Shown here: positions 1 through 10,172 of the stretch, piece by piece
Layout of the letters: each line of letters starts with the position of its first letter
Position numbering within the stretch: the first letter of the stretch is position 1
From: a virus
Reading direction: 5' to 3' (one strand)
Virus record (IMG/VR): IMGVR_UViG_3300032285_003860
DNA length: 64,000 bases
The notes under the pieces: model-generated
Databases searched by the model: none
What the model was told of the DNA's origin: nothing
Seen by the model: only the letters and a program-made list of their open reading frames with translations
Program-made: the position numbers and the translations under genes

Positions 1-630
1 TTGAGAAAACTCAAATATTTTTATTCTAGGATTGGAATATTTTAATGTTTTTACTAGCTCTTTCCATGATTCTAGCCCTTTCATACCATTAAATCTAAAC
101 CCTTTTCCATCGCAATGGGGGTGAGGCGTTGTTTTGCCTGAAAGTTTTGTGGTGGGAACAATTCCTATGTTAATAAAATTAGTATTATTTTCGTATTTTG
201 GCACATTTATTTCTGATAAAAAGCTTTGTTTTTTATCAAAAAGTAGGTTTTCTAGCCCTAATTGAAGTAGGTAATTCAATGTGATTATATTTGCTGTTGG
301 ATGGTTTTCTAAAAGTTCAGCATTATCTTTCCAGAATGTAAACGTCTTTGGGTGCCAATCTGGATAAATTACCTTTATATTTTCTATTTTCTCATCCGAA
401 AGGGCGTATTGATGATAATTAACGTATATTTCTTGCTGATTTGGTTCTCTAACCAAGTCTACGTTTTTATCCAATTTAAATATATCTATAAGAAATCCAT
501 AAGTGATTACTTCTAGGGTGCAATCTGGATATACTGATTTTAAAATCTTGGGAACAAAAGTAAAAATTAAACTATCCCCAAGGTTTTTTGGAAATATCCA
601 TCTTGGAAAATATAATCGAATATTTTTCAT
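1..630 (-). CDS. Glycosyltransferase, GT9 (heptosyltransferase-like) family; runs off the window start
   Basis: Manual translation from ATG at 630: MKNIRLYFPRWIFPKNLGDSLIFTFVPKILKSVYPD...; the LGD...P...K..YPD N-terminus is typical of GT9; open to position 1. Confidence 0.6.
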   Translation of the reverse strand, partial: MKNIRLYFPRWIFPKNLGDSLIFTFVPKILKSVYPDCTLEVITYGFLIDIFKLDKNVDLVREPNQQEIYVNYHQYALSDEKIENIKVIYPDWHPKTFTFWKDNAELLENHPTANIITLNYLLQLGLENLLFDKKQSFLSEINVPKYENNTNFINIGIVPTTKLSGKTTPHPHCDGKGFRFNGMKGLESWKELVKTLKYSNPRIKIFEFSQ

Positions 631-1445
631 TCTATTAACTCTTTTATTCCATTTTTTATATCTATTTTTTGCACAAAACCCATCTTTTTTATCTTTTCGC
701 AATCTAAAACCATATCTTTTGTCTGTACTATTTTATGGAAATTTGACGCTTCTATAGGAGTAATTTTACTCGTAGACCCTGTTTCTTTTATTATAAAGTC
801 AATAATTTCTCTAAAGTTTTGTGGAATTCCGCTCCCTATATTTATTATCTGATTGTGGTCTGAATTATTAATACATAAATTGATTGCATTGCATACATCA
901 GAGACATGCATATAATCTCTTACAAATTGGCCATCATTATATAATTCTATATCTTCTTTATTTTTTATTTTTTTGACAAGATACTGTAACGCATTTTTTT
1001 GTTTAGATATTCCTTTGTCATTCTTACCGTAAACATTACATAGTCGAAGTATTCTATATTTTATATTAAACGTTGCGCAATAGCTTATAATTAAATCTTC
1101 TGCGCATTTTTTTGTTATACTATAAAAACCTTTTGGATTACAGCAAAAATCTTCCTTCGCTGGTAAATCAACATTTCCATAAACAAACCAGCTGCTTATA
1201 AAATTAAAAGTAATATCTTTGTCTTTGCAGTGACTTAATACTTTTAATAATTTAATTAAATTTGTATTTACATCTTTGTAGATATCATCGAATACATGAT
1301 AATTATGAGTGGTGCTAATCATGTATAGCACATCTTTAAATAAGGGAATATCGCCTGCCCTGTTGTGTATATGGGTAGACTCAGGGTACAGATTATAATA
1401 ATTGCTACCTATAAATCCTGTGCCGCCAAACAAGTCAACTTTCAT
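627..1445 (-). CDS. NAD-dependent epimerase/dehydratase (extended SDR)
   Basis: GGTGFIG Rossmann motif, YSITK catalytic YxxxK, LRLCNVYG, RDYMHVSD. Confidence 0.92.
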   Translation of the reverse strand: MKVDLFGGTGFIGSNYYNLYPESTHIHNRAGDIPLFKDVLYMISTTHNYHVFDDIYKDVNTNLIKLLKVLSHCKDKDITFNFISSWFVYGNVDLPAKEDFCCNPKGFYSITKKCAEDLIISYCATFNIKYRILRLCNVYGKNDKGISKQKNALQYLVKKIKNKEDIELYNDGQFVRDYMHVSDVCNAINLCINNSDHNQIINIGSGIPQNFREIIDFIIKETGSTSKITPIEASNFHKIVQTKDMVLDCEKIKKMGFVQKIDIKNGIKELIE

Positions 1446-2736
1446 ATTTCGACAAAACTTCTTGAATATATTCTATATTTTCTTTTGATATTGTTGGGGA
1501 GCATCCGACAAAGAATACTAAATCCAGAACTTTATTCGATTCTGGATATTTTTTATAATCATCAAGGTGTTTATAGCCTTTATGCATTAGGAGATTGCCT
1601 GCAAAATAATTACGGGTCTGTATACCATTTTTCTCTAAATAATTAACTAGATTGAGCTTTTGAGTCTTATTGTTGCAAATGATAGGTACTCCAAATGGAA
1701 CCCAATCTGTATCACTCAAGCATTTTGGAAATCTTATGTCTTTGACGTTGTCTTTGAACACTTTCCATATTTCTAATAAATTATCTGCTCTTTTTTCGCA
1801 AATAAAGTCAAGCTTCTTTAACTGTTCTATTCCTATTGCCCCTTGCAAGTCTAAAGGTTTTAGATTGTATCCAATTCTATTGAATACATATTTATGGTCA
1901 ATTATTGTGTCTGGAAAGTCACTTAGCCAGTTTGAAAATCTCTTTCCACAAGAGCCATTGGCTAAAAGATTACATGTTCCTACGCACCAGCAATCTCTTC
2001 CCCAAGTTCCATAGCTTCTGGCTAATTGAACAATTTGCTCTATGTCAGAAGATACCATTCCGCCTTCTAAAGTGGTTATTTCATGCGCTGGATAGAAAGA
2101 ACATGATGAAGCTATAGCATATTCATTTAAATATTTGCCTTTCCATTTTGACCCAAGAGAATCGCAATTATCTAGCAAAAGAGTGATGTCTCCCATTTCG
2201 CATATATTTAATAAAACATCCATGTCTGGTGGATTACCCAATACAGGACTTAAAAATATTGCTTTTGTATTTTTGGTAATTTTGTTTTTTAATTTGTCAA
2301 GATCAAAGTTTAAAGTATCCCATTCAATATCTATAAATACTGGTTTCAGTCCATTTTGAACTATTGAAGATACTGTCGTTGGGAATCCCACCGCAGAAAC
2401 AATAATTTCATCTCCGTCTTGCCATTTAAAATATTCTTTGCAAGCGGCAATTAAAAGTAAATTTGCTGAACTCCCGCTATTGGTAAAAAATGAGAACTTT
2501 TGATTTGTCTTTTTTCCAAATTCTTTTTCAAATTGGGCGCATGTTTCTCCAGAGCTTGACCATTTTCCAAATAACAAAGCTTCGATTGCTGCCGCCATTT
2601 CATTCTCATCAAAAAATGCTCCTGAATAATAAACTTTATTCTTTGGAGCATTCAGATTATGGCAAAACTTTGGAAGATTTCCATGTTCTTCCTGTAGTTT
2701 TAATATGAAATTTTTTATGACTTCTCTTTTATCCAT
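1435..2736 (-). CDS. rfbH: CDP-4-keto-6-deoxyglucose 3-dehydrase (RfbH/DdhC-type, DegT/DnrJ fold)
   Basis: NSGSSANLL; SFYPAHEITTLEGG (His where aminotransferases have Lys); GRDCWC...C [2Fe-2S] motif; DHKYVF..IGYNLKP; TRNYFAGNL. Confidence 0.88.
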   Translation of the reverse strand: MDKREVIKNFILKLQEEHGNLPKFCHNLNAPKNKVYYSGAFFDENEMAAAIEALLFGKWSSSGETCAQFEKEFGKKTNQKFSFFTNSGSSANLLLIAACKEYFKWQDGDEIIVSAVGFPTTVSSIVQNGLKPVFIDIEWDTLNFDLDKLKNKITKNTKAIFLSPVLGNPPDMDVLLNICEMGDITLLLDNCDSLGSKWKGKYLNEYAIASSCSFYPAHEITTLEGGMVSSDIEQIVQLARSYGTWGRDCWCVGTCNLLANGSCGKRFSNWLSDFPDTIIDHKYVFNRIGYNLKPLDLQGAIGIEQLKKLDFICEKRADNLLEIWKVFKDNVKDIRFPKCLSDTDWVPFGVPIICNNKTQKLNLVNYLEKNGIQTRNYFAGNLLMHKGYKHLDDYKKYPESNKVLDLVFFVGCSPTISKENIEYIQEVLSKYES

Positions 2737-2750
2737 AATTTATTATTGTT

Positions 2751-3476
2751 TTATCTATTAAATCCAATTTTATCGTGATTAACAAGGAATTTTAGATATA
2801 TTTTTTCTGCCCCTTTGTTTATTTTCTCTGAATATTCTGGACTTCTGTTCTCATAATCATAAGTATAATTAACCAAAAGCTTTGGAATATTATAAAATTG
2901 ATAATGTTTCACTGCTCTGCTAAATAAATCATAATCTTCGCTAACACAAGAATCGTCATATCCCCCGCATTTAGTCAATATTCTTTTGTTAAAAATTAAA
3001 GATGGGTGAGCCATTGGGTTGTTTCCAATATGATAACTGTGAAGAATTTGTTCGTGTGTTTCTGGATAAAAAACTTCTTTGACCCCATCTTTTGTATGAA
3101 AGAACATGCCTGTTCCGCAAACATCAATTTTATTTTCAATGACGAATGGCAGTTGAATTTCTATCTTATTTAATAGCCATTCATCATCACAGTCAAGAAT
3201 TGAAAAATAATCACAATCAGTGATTTTCATTGCTGTAAAAAGACTAGTATTTCTTCCTGCCACTAATCCTTTTTCTGGGCTTTTTGCATAAATTATATTT
3301 TCATACTCCGATACAACTTCTAAAAGGTTGTCTGTCGAGGCGAGATCATTTACTATAACTATTTTATAATCAAACATACCCTTTTTAAAGGCTGTTTGAT
3401 TAACTATAGAATCAAGAGCTTTTTTTATTATTCCTGCTCCGTTTTTCACCGTCATTAAGATTGCAATTGTTTCCAT
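2751..3476 (-). CDS. Glycosyltransferase family 2
   Basis: VNDLASTD, GLVAGRN, LDCDD (DxD), SEDYDL motifs. Confidence 0.88.
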   Translation of the reverse strand: METIAILMTVKNGAGIIKKALDSIVNQTAFKKGMFDYKIVIVNDLASTDNLLEVVSEYENIIYAKSPEKGLVAGRNTSLFTAMKITDCDYFSILDCDDEWLLNKIEIQLPFVIENKIDVCGTGMFFHTKDGVKEVFYPETHEQILHSYHIGNNPMAHPSLIFNKRILTKCGGYDDSCVSEDYDLFSRAVKHYQFYNIPKLLVNYTYDYENRSPEYSEKINKGAEKIYLKFLVNHDKIGFNR

Positions 3477-3479
3477 TTT

Positions 3480-4088
3480 TTATAATAGTTCGTCTAATTT
3501 AAAGTCTTTTCTTTTAAAAATCGCGCAAAACACTCCTTCGCTATCGTAAATGTTATGAAGATTTAAATAACAAAAAAAGTCAAAATTGTTCTTGGAAAAA
3601 GTCTTTACCCACGTTTTTTTACATTTCCTATTTATGTGCGTTGGATCTTTTTCTGAGATTTCCAATACAAATTTTGCGTTATCTTCAAGCGGGACAGGTA
3701 TTCTTACGAGAACAAAATTAGATTTTAAATTGGTTAAAATTTCATCGACTTCCTTCTCTGGAATATGCTCTAAAACATCTAAAAAGAAAACAAGATTTTG
3801 CTGAGGTATATTTTTTGGGTCAAAAACAGTAAAACCCTTTGATTCTGTGACTGACCTTGCCCAATTTGATATTTCTACTCCATGGATTTTATTATAACCA
3901 ATCTGTTTAAATCCCTGCATTAAAAAACCGACGGCACAACCATAATCAAGAATTGGTTGATTTTTAAAATCAAGACCCATGCTATCAAAAAAAGAATCTA
4001 TTTCTCTTGCAAGCTTGGCATATCTTTGGCCTCTAGAAAGATAATTTTTATAATTATTTGTCTCGTAGTATTCTTTTTCAAAGTTCAT
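3480..4088 (-). CDS. Class I SAM-dependent methyltransferase
   Basis: ILDYGCAVG motif I, GVEIS, DVLEHI. Confidence 0.88.
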   Translation of the reverse strand: MNFEKEYYETNNYKNYLSRGQRYAKLAREIDSFFDSMGLDFKNQPILDYGCAVGFLMQGFKQIGYNKIHGVEISNWARSVTESKGFTVFDPKNIPQQNLVFFLDVLEHIPEKEVDEILTNLKSNFVLVRIPVPLEDNAKFVLEISEKDPTHINRKCKKTWVKTFSKNNFDFFCYLNLHNIYDSEGVFCAIFKRKDFKLDELL

Positions 4089-5191
4089 GGGAAGTTTTTG
4101 TCTGGCATATCATTACATACGGTATGCAATAGTTTATTATTAAATTTATAATAGCAGTATTTACAAGTACTTTCCCAATTTTCGCCATTATTATTTTTTA
4201 TTTCGTATGGGAAACCTTTTTCTTTAAAGTTTTCGTTTATTTTATTCCATGTGACAATAATGTCTTCAACCTTGCATAAAGAATAGTCTAAATCATAATT
4301 TCTTTTATTCAAAACATGACTTGTGCATGTATAGACATGGTATTCATTTTTGCCATGTGGGTCTGGGGCAACATAGGGGCGAATCATTCCTACATAGCAT
4401 CCATCATTAAATGGAGAGTCATCATATCCAATGTCTTTGATAAAGATTTTATTAAATTTGTCTACTTCATCAATCGTTTCTTGAAATTCCTGTCTTACAC
4501 TTGCGTTGTTTCCTTTTATTAAGCAATTTCCTGCTATTCTAACGAATTTAATTTCTGGATTCAATTCAAGGACTTTTGCAATTCTTCTAATTGTCTCTGC
4601 GTTCGTGGGCGTATATTTCTTTCCAATTCTTGTTCCTGTTCCAGATTCTTCATCATAAATAATGTAAGAAAGACCCATTTTATTGGCTGGAAAAGAACAA
4701 AAGTCATAGTCTTCTGGATTAAATCCTTCGTCTAGCTTAATTAAACTTATTCTTATCCAAGAAATTTTATCAAAGTTTTCTTTTTTAATTTTGTTTAGTT
4801 TTAGGGTATTAGTAATTATTCCAATAAAATAACCAAGTTCATTTGCATATTCTATGATTGAATTAATATCATCACCTGTGTCTTTGTCTCTATAAATCAA
4901 AGGCTCTCCTCCGCCGGTTATTTCTACGCTTTTTGCACCCAGCAACTTGAAATCTCTTAGAGTTTGCTTTATTTTTTCAAATGGCATATAGCTCTTAAGT
5001 GGTCTTTCTGCAACCGAGCAAAATGGGCAACCGCTTGAGCAAGCCTCAATTGGCGCGAGTTGAATAGTTATAGGTTTAAAAGTTCTATCTTTTTGAATTG
5101 AATGCAGAACGTCTGTATGTTGAAGAAGCTTATCTCCCCAAGTGCTGTATTTTTGGGTAAGGTCTTGATGTTTTTTTGTTTTGTTTTCCAT
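4085..5191 (-). CDS. Radical SAM protein with C-terminal SPASM/twitch-like cysteines
   Basis: CSSGCPFC (CxxxCxxC), ITGGGEP, C-terminal CY...C...CKYC. Confidence 0.9.
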   Translation of the reverse strand: MENKTKKHQDLTQKYSTWGDKLLQHTDVLHSIQKDRTFKPITIQLAPIEACSSGCPFCSVAERPLKSYMPFEKIKQTLRDFKLLGAKSVEITGGGEPLIYRDKDTGDDINSIIEYANELGYFIGIITNTLKLNKIKKENFDKISWIRISLIKLDEGFNPEDYDFCSFPANKMGLSYIIYDEESGTGTRIGKKYTPTNAETIRRIAKVLELNPEIKFVRIAGNCLIKGNNASVRQEFQETIDEVDKFNKIFIKDIGYDDSPFNDGCYVGMIRPYVAPDPHGKNEYHVYTCTSHVLNKRNYDLDYSLCKVEDIIVTWNKINENFKEKGFPYEIKNNNGENWESTCKYCYYKFNNKLLHTVCNDMPDKNFP

Positions 5192-5194
5192 ATT

Positions 5195-5989
5195 CTATTT
5201 TATTAGATAAGCAAATTTATCTCTATTTTTCATTACATAACTCGGTAGGCCAATTGAATCGTCTTTAACGATATGAAATCCATTTCTATCATAAGGGTCT
5301 CTCAATGAGTCTCTTCTTTCTTTTATTTTCTCGACAGACAGGTATTCTGGAGAATGATACTCGCTATGAGAGCTTGCGAGCATTTTATAAGCAATTTGAT
5401 TTTCATCTCCTAAATGAGAAAAATGCCAGCCAGAATTGTAAATTCTATTAAGATGGTCTTTTGATTGCCTTACGTCATTAAAGTTTTTATTTTTTAAATT
5501 TTTATATCTATCGCAAACAACAGAAGGAAACCAATAATGATTATCTGGAGACAATATCGGAGTATTCATATACCAGAAAAATCCTCTTAGAGTTAAAACG
5601 CATGGGAAAGTTTTAAGTTCTGATACGGATTTTGCCGTAGGAATTTCATCTAAATCAGAAAACATAATGATATCTTCGTCATCGCAATGAGCCAAGGCAT
5701 TTTTTACCGCATCTCTTTGAAGAAACATTAATGAATGCCTATGTTCGTCACCTTTGTTATAAAATTCTGAAGAAGGGTTCTGCAAACCTTTCTCAAGTTT
5801 TAAATAAATAATCTTATCTTTGTATTTTTGATATATTTCTGAATTTTCAAGATAGAATGGCTTTTTTACATTAGAAACAGTAATATCTGATTCGCAAATA
5901 ACAAATTTATCAACTACATCTTTTAGTTCTTCAATTCTTATTTCTAAAATGTGGGTTTCGTTTAAAAAGTTAAAACAATCGTAAATCAT
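5195..5989 (-). CDS. Glycosyltransferase family 17 (beta-1,4-GlcNAc transferase-like)
   Basis: IYDCFNFLNE..ILEIR, VDKFVICES, SDLDEIP, GWHFS motifs. Confidence 0.88.
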   Translation of the reverse strand: MIYDCFNFLNETHILEIRIEELKDVVDKFVICESDITVSNVKKPFYLENSEIYQKYKDKIIYLKLEKGLQNPSSEFYNKGDEHRHSLMFLQRDAVKNALAHCDDEDIIMFSDLDEIPTAKSVSELKTFPCVLTLRGFFWYMNTPILSPDNHYWFPSVVCDRYKNLKNKNFNDVRQSKDHLNRIYNSGWHFSHLGDENQIAYKMLASSHSEYHSPEYLSVEKIKERRDSLRDPYDRNGFHIVKDDSIGLPSYVMKNRDKFAYLIK

Positions 5990-5993
5990 ATTT

Positions 5994-6836
5994 TTATTCA
6001 GTTATGATGTTCCAAAAATCAAATGATGCAGTATTGCATTTATTTAAAAACTCTTTCATTCCGAGTCTTTTCATTTCATGGATACATCCTATCTTATCAT
6101 TAATCATCATTTCCATTCCTGATAAAGCTGCCTCTCCTGCGGCTCTACAAAAGGGTTCATCTATTCTAGGGAAATATATAAAAGTTTTATATTTATTATA
6201 TAGTTCGGGCATCTTTTCGTGAGATACTTTTCCAAGGAATTCTATATTTGGAATGCTTGTGGCTAAATGTTCAAAAATCTTTTCTCCCCATCCAGCGACG
6301 ACAAATTGTATTTGCGGATTATCTATAGCGTATCTAAAAAAGTCAAAAGTGCCTTTGAATTCGTGCATGAATCCAACGTAAAGGACTTTATCTTCCCTAT
6401 TATTCTTATTATCAAAAAAGATAGATGAATCTATTGGGTCTGGAACTATTCTAACGTTAATAAAATAATCTCCGTAATGATTTTTAAATAAATTATAATG
6501 ATATTCAGTTAGGAAGAATGCATTTTTGCAGCTTGTGTAAAGCTGATGTCTTTTAGACTGAGAAAGATATCTATTCATATCATGCTCGACTCTTGAATGA
6601 GCTTTTGCAGAAGATAAATAATCAATTATAAATGGATATTTCTGGTTTAAAAATTCAAGATTTGCAGAAATCACATGGTCGTAAGAGTTTTTAAGCAATT
6701 CTGGGTCTGAATCACAAGTAAAATGAGTTATATTTAAACCCATCTGCCTTCCCTTTTTAATAATAATATCATCGCTTCTTTGAGCGCCTCCAGGACTATG
6801 CAAGATTGAAAAATCAGAAACCCAAAGAATGTTCAT
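5994..6836 (-). CDS. Glycosyltransferase family 4
   Basis: GGAQ N-terminal motif, VLYVG....KG, FLGKV, EPFCRAAGEAALSG. Confidence 0.82.
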   Translation of the reverse strand: MNILWVSDFSILHSPGGAQRSDDIIIKKGRQMGLNITHFTCDSDPELLKNSYDHVISANLEFLNQKYPFIIDYLSSAKAHSRVEHDMNRYLSQSKRHQLYTSCKNAFFLTEYHYNLFKNHYGDYFINVRIVPDPIDSSIFFDNKNNREDKVLYVGFMHEFKGTFDFFRYAIDNPQIQFVVAGWGEKIFEHLATSIPNIEFLGKVSHEKMPELYNKYKTFIYFPRIDEPFCRAAGEAALSGMEMMINDKIGCIHEMKRLGMKEFLNKCNTASFDFWNIITE

Positions 6837-6846
6837 ATTTTATATA

Positions 6847-7692
6847 TTATCTATTCCACGAAATAGCGTGGTTTTTAATTAGACCATCATTCTTGTCTAT
6901 ATATTCAAAAATAAATTCTATTTGTGGTATATTGGTACTCTTTGCTTCCCTGAGTTTTCCAAAAAGATCTTTTAATGATACTGTTTTGGGTATATTTATT
7001 TCTGCGAGTTGCTGTTTTAAGGCAGAGTATCCTGTAACTTTCTTAATATAAATATGTGACTTAGATTGTTTTAATAATTTAAATATTTGAGTAAAAAATA
7101 TATCATTCTGACTCTTTGTATAAGAAGTTAGATTTCCAAATCTAACAGATTTAAATGCCACTGCGCCATCAAAATAATCTAATCCAAAATTAAAAACATC
7201 ATCGCATTCAAATTTTATTCCATCTTCATCTAAGAAATACCCATAAAAAGTAAAAATTTCTTCATTAGCTTTTATATCTTTTGAGGCAGTAAATATAAAT
7301 GTTTTATCTTTTATTTTCCACTCAGCATTGTTTCCGCTGTTTGAAGTATTGTAGATTGGTCCAAATCCCAATGGTAAAACTGTATAAACTACTTCTTCTC
7401 CATCTGGATGATATTTTGGCATCCATTTAAAATAATAATCTTCCGCATCTTTAAAACCAAGATTCTTTCGAAGATTTTCTATGAATTTTTCTTTTGGATG
7501 AAGAAGGTTTTGAGATTTTAATGTATCAATAATTGGCTTTAAAGATAATACTTGCTGTGGGAGAACAATAAATGGCGACTCTTCTAGCGTCTCTCCATTT
7601 TGAATATCCTCTTTTGCAAATACCCCAAATCCTTCTATTGGAGAATTTCTTACTTCTATTTTAGATGAGAAAATCAGTTTGTTTTTTTGCAT
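6847..7692 (-). CDS. SET-domain protein (putative lysine methyltransferase) with C-terminal extension
   Basis: SPIEGFGVFAKEDI..GE (motif I), LGFGPIYNTS (NHS equivalent), ASKDIKANEEIFTFYG. Confidence 0.82.
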   Translation of the reverse strand: MQKNKLIFSSKIEVRNSPIEGFGVFAKEDIQNGETLEESPFIVLPQQVLSLKPIIDTLKSQNLLHPKEKFIENLRKNLGFKDAEDYYFKWMPKYHPDGEEVVYTVLPLGFGPIYNTSNSGNNAEWKIKDKTFIFTASKDIKANEEIFTFYGYFLDEDGIKFECDDVFNFGLDYFDGAVAFKSVRFGNLTSYTKSQNDIFFTQIFKLLKQSKSHIYIKKVTGYSALKQQLAEINIPKTVSLKDLFGKLREAKSTNIPQIEFIFEYIDKNDGLIKNHAISWNR

Positions 7693-8020
7693 GAGGATGT
7701 TTCTTTCCAGTTCTCTGTTCGTATTTCAATTCTGCATTTCTACGCATTTCATCTTGACCAGAGTTGCCTCCTCTTTTTTCAGAAAGCTCTGCGCTTTTAT
7801 CCCACAATTGTCCTAAAGAATAATTTTTTTGCCTAGTCTTTCTTACAAAGTCATTTGGGTCGGTTAAACTTAACTGTGTATCTATTGAAGCCTGTGGTTT
7901 ACAAAATTCTCTTTGCCATTTTACACCTTTTTCGTCTATATAAATATGTTCATCGCTCATAGCTTGAACGACTTCTATGATTTTTCCATTTTCTGGATGA
8001 GAGAATGTATAAATAGGCAT
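7661..8020 (-). CDS. FmdB-like small protein (Cys-less zinc-ribbon variant)
   Basis: MPIYTF...G..IEV.Q.MSD N-terminus characteristic of the FmdB family. Confidence 0.55.
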   Translation of the reverse strand: MPIYTFSHPENGKIIEVVQAMSDEHIYIDEKGVKWQREFCKPQASIDTQLSLTDPNDFVRKTRQKNYSLGQLWDKSAELSEKRGGNSGQDEMRRNAELKYEQRTGKKHPHAKKQTDFLI

Positions 8021-8023
8021 ATC

Positions 8024-8719
8024 TTAAATAGTTATATCAAAATTATCTGAAATTGGTACGCGAGACGCAATGAATAAAGCCCTTGATTTTTCCTTTATTG
8101 GAATAGAAAAACAATTTACAAAACCTTTTATACCCATAGCTTTTTTAAAGTCAATAAATTCTTCTTCATTACACGAGACTTCTCCACAAATAGATTTAAC
8201 ATTCTTTTCTATTAGCTTAGAATTTGTAAGGATTTCTCTTTCGGCATATCCTATATTTAATTTCATTATATCAATTTCTTCTCCATAGCAGTATTCTGTT
8301 AAAATAGTATCTAAGTTATGGCATTGACATGGATAATAATTTTCCTGTTCTTCTTTAATTAAACCAATGGAAGACAAGTCGAAATAGATATTATCAACAA
8401 ATTCTGGAGTAGAAAATCTACCAATTATTGACTCTGTATATATTCCCAGTTGAAAGGGAGTAACTCTCCCAACAAAATCTAATTTATAACAATTTTGAAG
8501 CAATGACTTAAAATTATCTAAAAATGGCTCGATTGCATATACTTTTCTTGCTCCAAGCGTGAGGGCAGTAAATGAGAAAAAACCAGCGTGCGCGCCAATA
8601 TCCAAGAATACTTTTGAATTGTCTTTGTTTGCTTTTAATTTGTAATAATTATTAAAAAAGACATTGTCAAAAATACCTTGGTCATTGGTAAAGCTTCTGG
8701 TTATAATTTCTGGGGTCAT
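8024..8719 (-). CDS. FkbM-family methyltransferase
   Basis: FLDIGAHAGFFS, VYAIEP, IDIMKLNIGYAE (variant of KIDIEGAE). Confidence 0.82.
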   Translation of the reverse strand: MTPEIITRSFTNDQGIFDNVFFNNYYKLKANKDNSKVFLDIGAHAGFFSFTALTLGARKVYAIEPFLDNFKSLLQNCYKLDFVGRVTPFQLGIYTESIIGRFSTPEFVDNIYFDLSSIGLIKEEQENYYPCQCHNLDTILTEYCYGEEIDIMKLNIGYAEREILTNSKLIEKNVKSICGEVSCNEEEFIDFKKAMGIKGFVNCFSIPIKEKSRALFIASRVPISDNFDITI

Positions 8720-8721
8720 AT

Positions 8722-9816
8722 TTATGATACCGAGGCAATAACATTTTCAACAAACTTTTCTTTAGAGAATGTGGTTTGAAGGGTTTTACCTGCTTCGTTT
8801 TGCCTATTAGATAAAACTTTTCTACAGGCTAATTCACAGGCAGAGATAAAATCTGCTTCATTAAAGTCATAAATATTACCTTGATTGAAAGGCTGGCCCT
8901 TTTGAAAAAACATTCCATCATACGCTGGAATTTTTTCAGAAGGATTTACCCAAGTTACCATTTCGTCCGTTGCCCAGTCTTTATAGGTATGAGCATTAAG
9001 CAATACAGCGTGTTTACCTATTGCAACACTTTGGAATTCTGGAAGCGCCCATCCTTCTCCACCAGAAAGACCAAGAACAACATCTCCACTATTAAGGAAA
9101 TCATTGTACATTGAATTTTCATTCATTGATGGATAGAAACTGACATTGAAAGGTTTTTCTCCGCCAAGGATTCCACCAATAATCTGCTGATTCTGTTGCT
9201 CAGATAAAAATCCATTATAAATTGCGCACTGAAGTGAATAATTAGGTTTGTTTCCAAATTTTTTTATCCAAGACTGAATAACCTTGGCATGATTTTTCCT
9301 TTTCTCAAATTTACCGCAAAGATTAAAAACAACTCTTTCATCATTAAAGAACTTCTTTTTGACGGAAAAAAAGTTAAAAGAATCAAAAGCTAAAGGCAAA
9401 TATCCTGTTTCTACTCCAGCATTTTTAAATGCTTCGCAGCTATATTTTGAAGAAAAATACGTTTTATTATTTTTTGCAATATTGACTTCTACTTTTGTTG
9501 GCTCGTCCAATTCATGAAAAGACAACAAGCTCTGGCTTTTTGAAAAAGACTCTAAAGAACCATTTAAATGCCAAAGCTTGAAAATTGGGATATCTCTCGT
9601 ATAATTTTCAAGGCCATTTATGATTTTAGAATTAATCCAGTCGCTAAATTCTTTTGTTACTGATTGACTAGATAAATCCACTGGACCAATAGGAAATAAA
9701 TAAATATCATGCTTTATTCCGGTTGACTTTTCTTGTTCAAAGATTGTGCGGATTAAAAGTGATGATACTTGACCAAAACTAACTCTATTGAGTGGTAAAT
9801 TTAATGCTAATTTCAT
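8722..9816 (-). CDS. Glycosyltransferase family 4 (phage type)
   Basis: GKFEKRKN, SGGEGWALPEFQSVAIG. Confidence 0.8.
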   Translation of the reverse strand: MKLALNLPLNRVSFGQVSSLLIRTIFEQEKSTGIKHDIYLFPIGPVDLSSQSVTKEFSDWINSKIINGLENYTRDIPIFKLWHLNGSLESFSKSQSLLSFHELDEPTKVEVNIAKNNKTYFSSKYSCEAFKNAGVETGYLPLAFDSFNFFSVKKKFFNDERVVFNLCGKFEKRKNHAKVIQSWIKKFGNKPNYSLQCAIYNGFLSEQQNQQIIGGILGGEKPFNVSFYPSMNENSMYNDFLNSGDVVLGLSGGEGWALPEFQSVAIGKHAVLLNAHTYKDWATDEMVTWVNPSEKIPAYDGMFFQKGQPFNQGNIYDFNEADFISACELACRKVLSNRQNEAGKTLQTTFSKEKFVENVIASVS

Positions 9817-9825
9817 ATTTAAATT

Positions 9826-9856
9826 AAAAAAAAGGAGGAGCGGTTGCTCCTCCTTT
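9826..9856 (-). terminator. Intrinsic terminator after SSB-like gene
   Basis: AAAGGAGGAGC-GGTT-GCTCCTCCTTT stem with U-tract on the minus strand. Confidence 0.8.
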
Positions 9857-9866
9857 ATTGGACAGC

Positions 9867-10172
9867 TTAGATAAGCTCTTCTGCTTCTTCCTGCTGAACT
9901 GGAGCGGCGACAGTCTTTACAACCTTTTTAATTGGTGCTTGCGCTGCCACAGGGGCGGCACTGGCTCTAGGCTTAGACAAATACATTCTCAAATCAGGAT
10001 GATTGTCTGCCTTCTTAAATTTATTAGAGAAGATGACGACCTGAATGTCTTCATTGCCTTCTGGGAGAGCGGAACGCTTAATTGTGCCAGACAAGAACTT
10101 CTGTCCCTTGCCTTCCTTCTTCCACAATGCGCCAAGCTCAATTTGCTCCGACTTAGTATTAGTTTGTTCCAT
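9867..10172 (-). CDS. DUF736-like single-stranded DNA-binding protein
   Basis: IELGALWKK..G.KFLSG, N..K..DNHPD.R.Y motifs; acidic C-terminal tail EEAEELI. Confidence 0.6.
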   Translation of the reverse strand: MEQTNTKSEQIELGALWKKEGKGQKFLSGTIKRSALPEGNEDIQVVIFSNKFKKADNHPDLRMYLSKPRASAAPVAAQAPIKKVVKTVAAPVQQEEAEELI

